Assembly (NCBI RefSeq): GCF_006345805.1
Contig: NC_043001.1
Location: forward strand, 100,316,001 to 100,380,000
Source: Octopus sinensis
Lineage: Eukaryota
Direction: 5' to 3'
Length of the DNA: 64,000 bases
Below the pieces are notes generated by a model, which was given only the letters and a program-made list of their open reading frames with translations, searched no databases and was not told the DNA's origin. Shown here piece after piece: positions 24,018 to 35,510 of this stretch; position 1 is the first letter of the stretch, and each line of letters opens with the position of its first letter. The position numbers were made by a program, and so were the translations under genes.

Positions 24018-25665
24018 TACACACACTCATGCATGCGTACATGCATGCATACATACATACATACATGCATACATACACACATACATACATGCATACACAC
24101 ATACATGCATGCATACATACATACATACATACATACATGCATACATGCATACACACATACATACATACATACATACATGCATACATACATACATGCATAC
24201 ATACATGCATACATACATGCATACATACATACATACACGCATGCATACATACATACAAGCATACATACATGCATACATACATACACACATACATACATGC
24301 ATACATACATACATGCATGCATACATACATACATACATACATACATACATGCATACACACATACATACATACATACATGCATACATACATACATACATAC
24401 ATACATACATACATGCATACATGCATACATACATACATACATACATGCATACATGCATATACACATACATACATACATACATGCATGCATACATGCATAC
24501 ATACATACATACATACATACATGCATACATACATGCATACATACATACATACACACATACATACATGCATGCATACATACATACAAACATACATACATGC
24601 ATACATACATGCATGCATACATACATACATACATACATACACACACATACACACATACATACATACATGCATACATACATATATACATACATACATGCAT
24701 ACTTACATATATACATACATACCTACAAACATACTCGTACATGCATATATACATACATGCATACATACTTACATACATACATTCATACATGCATACATAC
24801 ATACATTCATACATACATACATTCATACATACATACATACATACATACATACATACATACATGCTTACATACATACATGCATGCATACATACATACATAC
24901 ATACATACATTCATACATACATACATACATGCATACATACATACATGCATACATACATACATTTATACATACATACATACATAAATACATACATGCGTGC
25001 ATACTTACATACATTCATACATACACACATATATTCATACATAAATACATACATACATACATGCATACACACATACATACATACATACATACATAGATAC
25101 ATACATACATACATGCATATATACATACATGCATACATACTTACATACATACATTCATACATACATACATTCATACATACACACATACATTCATACATAA
25201 ATACATACATACATACATGCATACACACATACATACATACATACACATACATACATACATACATACATACATACATACATACATACATACATACATACGT
25301 ACATGCATATATACATACATGCATACATACTTACATACATACATTCATACATACATGCATGCATACATACTTACATACATTCAGACATACATTCATACAT
25401 ACATACATGCATACACACATACATACATGCATACACACACACATACATACATACATACATACATACATACATACATACATACACACATACATACATGCAT
25501 ACATACATACATGCAGACACACATACATACATACATACATACATACATACATACATACATACATACATACATACATACATGCAGACACACATACATACAT
25601 ACATGCATACATAATGTACATACATTCATACATCCATACATGCATGCATTCATACATATATATCA
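24018..25665. repeat. ~1.65-kb (CATA)n-type microsatellite with CATG/CACA variants
   Basis: Directly visible; explains the long HTYI/MYVC ORFs. Confidence 0.98.
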
Positions 25666-26399
25666 TGTAAGTGTGTATATCGCTAGATAGTATAGATACA
25701 CAGAACAAAGAAAAAAAGGAGAACAAAGGGAGTGATGTTATGAAGAGATTATTCTAAGCATATTGAAAAGAAGGGATAATCATAAATAATAAGGAGAAAC
25801 AGGGAACAGAAACAATAATAAAATACACAAACACAAATGAATAAATAAATGTAAATAAAATAAATAAGCAAATAAAAACAACATAAATAAAAAATAGAAA
25901 ATTATAACGTGGAGAGGTCCAAATTGCAGGATATATCTTCTTTCGTTGAAAGTTGTGACTTGAATTCATAGTGTGAGTCTAATAATGACAATGGAAAGAT
26001 TAGTAGAGATAGAAGGTGCTCGTTTAAATAAAAGTGAAATTAGAGATATTAGTCTTGGGCTGATCAATGTTAATGTCAATGACCCACTAACGTTCAGGGG
26101 AAATATGGAAAATACACAGAGCCGTTAGTAGTTTTTGAATAATGAGAGATGTGTTTATGTTGATGCTTCATTCTGGTGAAGGATAAAGTTTATACGCTAG
26201 TAGAAGGCATTGTGCGAGGACAAATGCAACAGTGAAAGGTGTTTCACAAATAAGTATTCTATAAAGATACAAGATAAAGAATTCCATATTGTGCATAATT
26301 TAGTATGAATGACATTTTGGATCTTAGTAGTTAATGGGGTAGAAAGGAAAAGAAACCCATAGTAAATAGGGTTTGATTGAGAGAAGAAACTTAGAAGGT

Positions 26400-26815
26400 T
26401 ATGCTGAAGACATGGGACGGAGTGGTGAAAAAGGATCTACAGATGCTGGGACTCACAGAGGGTGTGATAGAGGACGAAGACTTCTGGTGGTTTGTCGTGC
26501 TTGGAAAGGCATATCAAGCTGTGGTTGTCCTTGCATACAGGCTCACTCCCTGCAACCCTCTCCAGTTGAACATCTCGAAGACTAATGGAGAAAGTAGTCT
26601 TTCCATGTGGCAGATGTTCAGGAACATCAAACACCAGCAATGTACAGAAAATAGACTTCCTCATATGCCAGAGTGGATCCCTAGAAGTAATAGACAATTT
26701 CCATTACTTAGGTAACCAAGTTAGTAGTGGAGGTAGTTGTTTCGAAAACAGCAGCTAGAATAAGAATAGGCCGGATGAAGTTCAGAGAGCTGCTACCCCT
26801 TTTAGTAATGTAGGT
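26400..26815 (+). mobile_element. Two RTE LINE fragments in permuted order
   Basis: KTWDGVVKKDLQMLGLTE (C-terminus) precedes the CGRC..LEVIDNF segment that normally lies upstream. Confidence 0.75.
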
Positions 26816-27154
26816 CTTCATTACTAAGAGGAGTGGAAGCTCTTTAAAAGTTGTGTCCCCGCGAATGATATTGTTGTTTGTCTTTTTCTTGACAAGTCAT
26901 CCACTTGTTTCATGCTTTCAAAGATGTCTAGAAAAGATCTCTATCTTGATAAGCAGGTCAGGTTTAGTGAAGGGGTGGTTATCCAGTGCAAAGCAATGCT
27001 TCTATAATATATTTTCATCTAAACCATGCTAGGATGGAAGAATAAAAAAAAACAGATTTAAAAACAAAGAAATGCATACACAAAAACACACATGCTTAGG
27101 TCACTAACTATTGTGGCTGATAATTCTTCTAATGACACATGATTTGCAGTTATA

Positions 27155-27188
27155 TATAATAATAATAATAACAATAATAATAATAATA

Positions 27189-27278
<90 letters not shown>

Positions 27279-27287
27279 TGATGTTGA

Positions 27288-27321
<34 letters not shown>

Positions 27322-27356
27322 GGTGGTGGTGGTGGTGGTGGTGGTGGTGATGATGG

Positions 27357-27408
<52 letters not shown>

Positions 27409-27432
27409 AATAATAATAATAATAATAATAAT
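27155..27432. repeat. Compound trinucleotide tract (TAA)(TGA)(TGG)(TGA)(TAA)
   Basis: Directly visible. Confidence 0.97.
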
Positions 27433-28253
27433 CTCTCATTCCGCCTTGCTTCTTTAATCATTGCAGTTATTTGTCTTATCTGTGACATCATCAATGATAC
27501 CATCTTCATTTAATTTTTATTTCCTTTAGCACATGTCAACAAAAATACATTTTCTAAACAATCTCCCATCTTATTTATGTTATTTATATCATTATATATG
27601 AGATCTAAATCAGAAATTGATTTAAACAGGAAGCAGTTTCGATGATTATTGTTTACAACAAATAATATTTGTTTGCACTTACATATGAAAAGAAACATAA
27701 ATGTTACAAGCCTAAGACAGTAAGATATATATTTGTATCTTATCTCCTTTAACACATGATCAACCTCTCAAGTGTATCTGGTTCCACAACTTCCCTAAAA
27801 TTTTCAGAATCACTGTGAATTATGGGCTTCACAGTTTCCAGTCATTTCTCCAGATGTTACCTGTAAACAATTCTAAAGCTACATAAGGTGTACTAGCCAT
27901 CTGAATGTGGCTAGCCACTGGGGTGGGGTGTTACTGATGCTTTTAGCCCCAGGCGATCAACGTCACCAGATGGACTTTAGACACTATCTCAGTGCCCTTG
28001 TGCTATTTGCAAAGGGAGGTCATCCTCCCTCGAAGACCTAAGTACTACATACGGACTATAGTTTCAAGGTAATTGCCTCTCGTCAACGCATGGTAAGCAC
28101 CGGTCTTCGATGAAGGAGTCCCCTTGCAAATAATATATAATGTTTTTCACAGCAACCACTTAATCTCCAAAACAAAGCTTCCACTTCAGGCTCAGAACAT
28201 ATTTCACTCAGGATCAGTTGCTGACTGTTTTACAAACTTAAATGAGACGTCTG

Positions 28254-28617
28254 TTACTTCTGCCTTACCGAAGATGGAGGTATTGTTTTCAGTGGTGTTT
28301 GTTTGTCTGTGGACAAGATATCTCAAGAACTGCTGCATGAATTTAGATGAAACTTTCAGGGATATTTGGTCTCCTGACTGGCACAAATTGATTAGAATTT
28401 GGAAGTGATCCAGTACCGGACAAAGATTCTGGATTACTTTTCTGGTTTTTTTTTACTTAATTTCTGAGAGCAGTTGGGTTCATTTTTAGTATTCTCATTT
28501 GTGAGAGGAAAGGAATTTATTTCAGACATTCTCATTTTAAAAATGATCTCCATCTAATCGTTGAGAGGACGTTGGCATTGCCTTGGCGGAGGTTTACGCT
28601 CTCTGAGTGCTCTTGTT
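28254..28617 (+). mobile_element. Helentron-associated non-autonomous element (HINE/DINE-1-like)
   Basis: 5' ttacttctgcc versus 3' subterminal ggcggaggt; tgtttgtttgtctgt tract; 3' hairpin cgctc-tct-gagtg; T-rich ends. Confidence 0.65.
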
Positions 28618-29261
28618 ACATATTGTTATCATAAAATAAAATAATGGCAATCCATCTGACCGGAAACAATTCATTTCCTAACATGCAACATTTACTGGCT
28701 CATTGAAACATTATCTTTTGTATCTTCTTCTCAAATTGCTATTGCAACAGGTTCTCTGCTGAACTACCAAATTGCATACCCCCTTCAGTTTAGCTAACCT
28801 AACACATCCTCTCCCACCCTGTCTTCCCCTCACTAGTTGACTCATTAATATACTTATACTGATGACTATCAAAGATTCCCCTTTCGATACCCAACAACCA
28901 GTTCCAGCCCCATCTTTTGTTTCTCTAGTGACCACTTCTCTTTAGAACTTGCACTCTACACATCATCTCCACTCAAGCCTGCATGTTACATCCATTAATC
29001 CTCTTCTCATCACTCCTAATTGTATCTCTACCATGTTCTAAACTCTTTTCCAGAGCTCTACCATTCTTGTATTATGTCTCAATAGTTTACAGTTAAGGAT
29101 TACACATGTCCCCCTTTACCCCCTGACTAACCAATATAAAAAAATATTACTGTTTTTTTTTACTTAAATTTGTAATAATTCGTATGATGTTGAACAAATA
29201 TTTTAAAAGAATTCCACCTAATTATTCAAATTAGCATAAATTGAGCAGTAAGTAGTATGAA

Positions 29262-29680
29262 CTGGTGTGACTGTGTAATAAAAAATTTGCTTCCCAACCA
29301 CATGGTTTAGGGTTCTATTCCACTGCATGACACTTTGGCCGAGTGTCTTCTACTACAGCCTCAGGCCAACCAAAGCCATGTCAGTGTATTTGGTAGCTGG
29401 AAACTGAAAGAAGCCCATCGTATTTATATAGCTGTGTGTATGTGTGTGTGCATGTGCTCATGTGTGTGTCTTTGTGTCTGTGTTTGTCCCCACCCCTGTT
29501 TGACAACCAGTGTTGGTGTATTTACATCCCTGTAGCTTAGCAGTTTGGCAAAGGAGTCCAACAGAATAAATACCAGGCTCAAAAACATAAGTACTGGACT
29601 TGATTCTGTCAACTAAAATTCTTCAAAGTGGTGCCCCAGCATGGCCACAGTTCAATGACTGAAACAAGTAAAAAAAACAG
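29262..29680 (+). mobile_element. SINE family A
   Basis: Colinear with 31971-32380. Confidence 0.9.
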
Positions 29681-31507
29681 AAGATAGAAGACAAAATATT
29701 TAAATATCTGACAAATGACTTGTGTCTGAGATTAAATTCTTAACAACTAAATCCCCACAGATTCACCCTCTTCCCACTATGAAAAACATGTGAAACGGCA
29801 CTTAATGAAACTGTCTCCAAACTCTTCTTAAATATGTTCATTATTTGTGACATTATTAAAGTTAATCTGATAAAAACAAATAATAAGAGTGGATTTAGAC
29901 TATAGGATCGATAATTATGAGTACGTTGCTGAATGGTATTTAAAAAAAAAAACAGAACGTGATTGACTGATCAGGTGCCGCTCTCTGGAATGCTTCTTTC
30001 CATGTTTGTTTGGAATCTGAAATATTATTGGTTTGGTTGATTTTGGTTTGATTCAGCCACTATTTTGATTTATTTGTTTCCCACTCATTCTTTGGCTAAC
30101 ATTTTGTTGTTAATCATATCAAACTGAGGTTTAGTCAAATACCCCGAAAGAAAGGTCACTGACAATTACACAAACAAATAGCATTCTAATTGGGGAGAAA
30201 AAAAAAACAAAAAAGAGAAGAAAAGTTTAATTGAGGAGAAAGATTAAACCTAGAGCAGAGTTCAAAGAGAAAAAGTAATGGAAGTGCAGTCGTTAACGAG
30301 GAATTTGATGTATGGGAGGTGATCTGTGGAATCATTAACTGAAGAATGGGTGGAGTTGCTAGTGATGTGGGGATTCTGGTAAAGGTTGGCAGAAGGAAGG
30401 ATTGCTAATAAAGTAAGAAGCAAGTGAAGAGAAACAATCTAATGTTGGAGAAATCTGGAATTTATGATGGAAAGGAAGAAATTATTAACGAGGCAATAGT
30501 GTTTATGATTATGTAACAGGTAAATTAAGAAAAGCGAAAACCAGCATCTGGTTTTAGAAAGTAATTCTGTAATTGATGATACTATTTTCTGTTTATAAGT
30601 GTGAAGTCATAACCTTTGTGCTTTGCATTGACCTCGAGTAATCCATTTATTGTATTCCACAGACAATATTGGTTTTTGTTTTTTATTAATGATGTTATGT
30701 TCTCAGATCTATTACAATACTTTCTAATATCAAATGTAATACAATGATACTTTCTGACACATTTTTATACCGATGAGGCTGAAGGTGCTTATGATGATGA
30801 TGATGATGATGACAATGAAAATAGTTCTACAACACAAAATGTTTGTGTAATTTAAATTTCAACTTTTGTAACAAGGTCACGAGGCAGAATCAGCTGAATC
30901 AAACCTCAGCGTATGACTGCTATGTACTTATTTTATTAATTCTGAATGGATGAAAGAGGACATCAGTTCTGATAGGATTTGAATTCTGAATATGAAAAGA
31001 AGAAAAGAAATATTATAAATTATTCAGTTCAGTGCCTTCGTGTTCCTAGAATAACAGAAGATGTATTGATATATAACACATACATCCAAAAACTAAATAT
31101 ACGTCTTTTAGTTTGTGCTCTGATATTATAAACCAAAAAGGGAGCCTTTATGAAGTTTGTTGATCTACCGAAAATAGCAGCCGAACCTAATCACACTATC
31201 TTAAATTTAAAAAAAGTAATCACAATTAAAAAAGAGATGGAACAGTCATGGAAACAGGAAGAATGCCCTGCATCATGAGTCTGCTGGTTCAACTCAGCTG
31301 GACTTAAACAAACAACAGCAACAGCAGTAACAACAACAGCAACTATAATTCTAATAGTTGCAGGATTTTAACCCCCCCACACACACACACAGATATATAT
31401 AAATATAGCATACTTAAATTTATTTCAGTTCTTCTGAGAAAATCAATACAGCAAGGACGTGGTACATGCAAAGTATTAAAAGACACTCAGGAAAGGAAAG
31501 AAAGGTT

Positions 31508-31542
31508 GTTTTACATTTCGAGCAAAGCTCTTCTTCGGAAAC
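31508..31542 (-). ncRNA. Minimal hammerhead-like motif in a PLE terminal fragment (~31400-31590)
   Basis: Minus strand: GTTT-CCGAAGA-A-GAGC ttt GCTC-GAAA-TG-TA-AAAC; the core has a U>C change. Confidence 0.55.
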
Positions 31543-31970
31543 AGAAGACAGAGGAAAGTCCAAGAGAAAATAAAGACAGAGGAAAAAAATCACCAATAAT
31601 CCATATGTTGTTGTTACATTGGCTGTTCCAACACTTTAGCCTCACCATTGTCTGTGGTAAGGCCATGAGCGTGCTGGATTGCTTCCGGAGGTTCCATTGA
31701 TCCTTGTGGTGTACAACCGGATGAGGCACCTGGTGTAGAATCGATGATTTTTCTATTTCTTTTCTCCCTCTCTTTTTTCCTGTTTTTTTTTCCTTTCTTT
31801 TCTTTCTTCATTCACTCACGTTCATGTTTTCTTCAGTTTTGGATTTGTATTTTAATGTGATTTCATATTATATATGTATCATACTCTTGCACACTTACAT
31901 TTGTATTTTTAAATGCACAAGGATTCTGGTTGGTTTGTCAGTATTTTCAAAAGAAAAAACGATTAATTAA

Positions 31971-32380
31971 GGCGCGGGAGTGGCTGTGTGGTAAGTAGCT
32001 TGCTAACCAACCACATGGTTCCGGGTTCAGTCCCACTGCGTGGCATCTTGGGCAAGTATCTTCTGCTATTGCCTCGGGCCGACCAATGCCTTGTGAGTGG
32101 ATTTGGTAGATGGAAACTGAAAGAAGCCTGTCGTATATATGTATATATAAGTGTGTGTGTATATGTTTGTGTGTCTGTGTTTGTCCCCCAGCATTGCTTG
32201 ACAACCGATGCTGATGTGTTTACGTTCCCGACACTTAGCGGTTCGGCAAAAGAGACCGATAGAATAAGTACTGGGCTTACAAAGAATAAGTCCCGGGGCC
32301 AATTTTCTCGACTAAAGGCGGTGCTCCAGCATGGCCACAGTCAAATGACTGAAACAAGTAAAAGAGTAAAAGAGTAAAGA
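31971..32380 (+). mobile_element. SINE family A, full-length reference copy
   Basis: tRNA-like head (tggctgtgtggtaag; ggttcagtccc), central microsatellite, LINE-like 3' tail, (GTAAAAGA)n end. Confidence 0.92.
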
Positions 32381-32425
32381 GTAATGATTGTAAAAAACAT
32401 ACACATGTGAGTGTGTATATGTTTG

Positions 32426-32470
<45 letters not shown>

Positions 32471-33623
32471 TCCATCTAGCTCTTGCATGCCTGGAAAAGT
32501 GGACTTTAGAATGGTGGTTATGATGGTCTATACAATTGCTATGTTTCGATAGATCCATATTTATGTAACCATCTAAAAATACCATTTTGACAAATATTGC
32601 AGGTGATTAATGCAATTGTGTGTCCAAACCTTCTCAGTTCTTTGATTGCAAATTATATCTCATAGATTTCTACAGCTTTTGTTAAATACTCTTAAATATA
32701 CTCCTCTTCAGTAAAATAAGAGCTGATTAAACTCTTCGTACTAAACTCCTAGCATCCTTTTTGAAAACATTTTTTAGATGGAGTAAATAGTATAAAACAA
32801 AAAAAAGAATGGTAGAAATTTTTAAAATGTTAGGAGAACACATGAGTGTATGTGCTTAATGTGGAAAAGATCTGGCAGTGTGAATATTCCATCAGAATAA
32901 ATGTTTATGTTGTGTTGAAGATAGATTAATCCTGACTTAATCTTGCCAGAATTTATTTAAAAGTTTACTGATGACTGGTAATTTTATATCAAGGCAGCCT
33001 GCCAATGTTGGTAAGAGTGCAGGTAGAATCAGTTTGATCAGCTGGAGCTTACCTCTTGTATCTAGTTTATCAACACTCAGAAGAGAAGGATGCAGTCGAT
33101 GCTGAGTGGATTTGAACTTGCATCAGTGAAGTTTGGCATTAAAAATCTGTTAGTGCAACAGTCTAGTCTCTTGACTCTCATCACCACTTTTATTATTAAC
33201 GACTAATGGATGAGATCTACTTGATTGGAAGTTCAGTAATTAATTTGAAAAAATTAAATAAATTGACTGTGAGATTAACATTTTGAAGCAATCACAGAGT
33301 ATGATAGTCTCTTTGAAATTCTGCTAATGTCAAATGCAATTGCTCTGTCTTCGTTATGCTGCTCCATCTTTATGAGTTATCTGAAGCTGTGAAGCAGTTC
33401 ATCTGAGTGACAGGCTTTCATTGTATTAACTTGCAATGGATTCCCTCCGGATCATAGTCTGATGCAGTTCAAGATAAATACCATCCGATTGGCTTCATCT
33501 TTCTCATGTGCAACATTGTAAAAAAAAATAAACAAAATAAGCAGAACCAAGAAGAAAACTGAACAGAGCAAAGACAGAATCATCTCATACAGTAACTGCA
33601 TTCAAGTCACCCTGTGTACTTAC

Positions 33624-33743
33624 CCGGGAGAATATCCAGCCAGTATCATTGAATATGGCAACGGGATGGAAGAGAATTTATTTAGGATGCAGGAAAGGAA
33701 CAGGAAATGAAGATATCCTTTTGCTAAATTGTTTCTGTCTTTT
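33624..33743 (-). other. Candidate spliced exon (120 nt), product unknown
   Basis: Acceptor tttctattgcag and donor CGG|GTAAGT; one open frame KDRNNLAKGYLHFLFLSCILNKFSSIPLPYSMILAGYSP; no recognised homology. Confidence 0.25.
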
Positions 33744-34065
33744 CTGCAATAGAAATGTCACTGGCAGATCATTACACGAAATAGCACCCCATGGTGGGAC
33801 CTTGAACGGCTTCTCTGACTCTAATCCTAACTTGCAGCAATGTCTAGAGAATCAGCTGGAGATTAAAGGTTTGTGGAGAAAAAAAAATACAAGTCAGAAA
33901 TAACTATGTGTATCTGTGTGTGTATGCGGTGTATGTGTTTGTGTATATGTGCGTAATGTGTACAAGTTATCCAAGAACAAGAATTAACAAGGTCTACAAT
34001 CTGTCTTCCTCGAATTCTGAGTGGCAAAATGATTCTTATAAAGTAGAATATGTGTACATTTAATA

Positions 34066-34093
34066 GGATAATAATAATAATGATAATGATTAC

Positions 34094-34147
<54 letters not shown>

Positions 34148-34148
34148 A

Positions 34149-34189
<41 letters not shown>

Positions 34190-34299
34190 AATAATGATAG
34201 TGATAATAATGATGATGATGATGATAATAATAATAATAACAATATAATAATAATAATAATGATATTGACGATGATGATGATAATAATAATAATAATAAT
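34066..34299. repeat. (TAA)n/(TGA)n tract
   Basis: Directly visible. Confidence 0.95.
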
Positions 34300-34475
34300 G
34301 AAAACCTCAGAAATAGCCTATAATCTAAGTGTATTGCAAAAGTCGGCATTCCTTGGAACTGCACGTATATTGCTTAAAGTAGTGTCTGTCTGAGGTCCTT
34401 GTTGTGACTCGACAAACAGCAGACACAACATCTTCAATGAACAACCTCATGATGTTGTATACTGTGTGACGTCTA
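34300..34475 (+). mobile_element. R4/Dong-like LINE extreme 3' end
   Basis: Encodes LQKSAFLGTARILLKVVSV* (cf. LQK-x-ALLGTARILRKVL); (TAA)n on both sides. Confidence 0.75.
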
Positions 34476-34743
34476 TAATAATAATAACAATAATAAGAAT
34501 AAGAATAAAAATAACAACAACAACAACAAGAATAATAATAATAATCAGAGGAAGGAAGAAGAGGAGGAGGAGGAGAAGAAGAAGAAGAAGAAGAAGAAGA
34601 AGAAGAAGAAGAGAAGAAGAAGAAGAAGAAGAAGAAGAAGAAGAAGAAGAAGAAGAAGAAGAAGAAGAAGAAGAAGAAGAAGAAGAAGAAGAAGAAGAAG
34701 AAGAAGAAGAAGAAGAAGAAGAAGAAGAAGAAGAAGAAGAAGA
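34476..34743. repeat. (TAA)/(CAA)/(GAA)n microsatellite
   Basis: Directly visible; long pure GAA run. Confidence 0.97.
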
Positions 34744-35289
34744 GATAAGTATAATGTGGGAGATGCAAACAGAAACAATCTTTATGATATGTGTGTTAAA
34801 ATATGCAGACAAATATTTTGCCAAAATCCTATGATAGTTACATGTGATATTCCTATGATACCTTAATTTGATTTTTTAATTCAGCAGAGGAACAAAATAA
34901 ATAAATGGATAAATAAATAAGAAGCATGAATATGGCCAAGTTAGTGAGTGCCAAGTTATTGAGCAAAATGTAATAGAAACACTCAGAAATAAATCTCATT
35001 TCTTTTGCTACAAGAGTTTAAAATTGTAATTTAAAGACATGTCTTACAATGGGGTTTACAAAGTATGTGGGCCTTATACATATAGTGGAACCAGTCTTAT
35101 CTGCAAAGAGTTGAGAAACTGACTGACATAAAATAAGGGCTGCCCACAACATTAACCATTTTCTTTTTTAATTACTTTCTAGAACCTGTCCTCTGATGTT
35201 GTTCTCAAGTATCACCAGTGGCAGAATCATACACATCCTCTGAGCAGCACTCAGCTGCCATTAGTTTTTATTGATATATAAAAGATTCC

Positions 35290-35510
35290 TGTACCAGTGG
35301 CACATAAAAGGCATCCACACCAATGGGCACCCATGCTGGTGACATGTAAAAGGCATCCAGTACACTCTGTAATGTGGTTTGCTTTAGGACGGGCAATCAA
35401 CCATAGAAAAAAGCCAAACCAAAACTGACAAGTGGAGCTTGGTGCAGCTCTCCAGCTTACCAGCTCCAGTCAAACTGTCAAACCCATTCCAGCATGGACA
35501 ATGGAGATGT
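35290..35510 (+). mobile_element. RTE LINE 3' UTR copy, degenerate
   Basis: Homology to 13635-14100. Confidence 0.75.

Noticed and set aside
23978-25726. Long ORFs up to 545 aa (HTYI/MYVC repeats)
   Set aside because: Microsatellite translation artefacts
31971-32045. tRNA genes at SINE heads
   Set aside because: A/B boxes only, no full cloverleaf; they continue into SINE bodies
34325-34834. Poly-E/R/S/F ORFs
   Set aside because: Trinucleotide repeat translations
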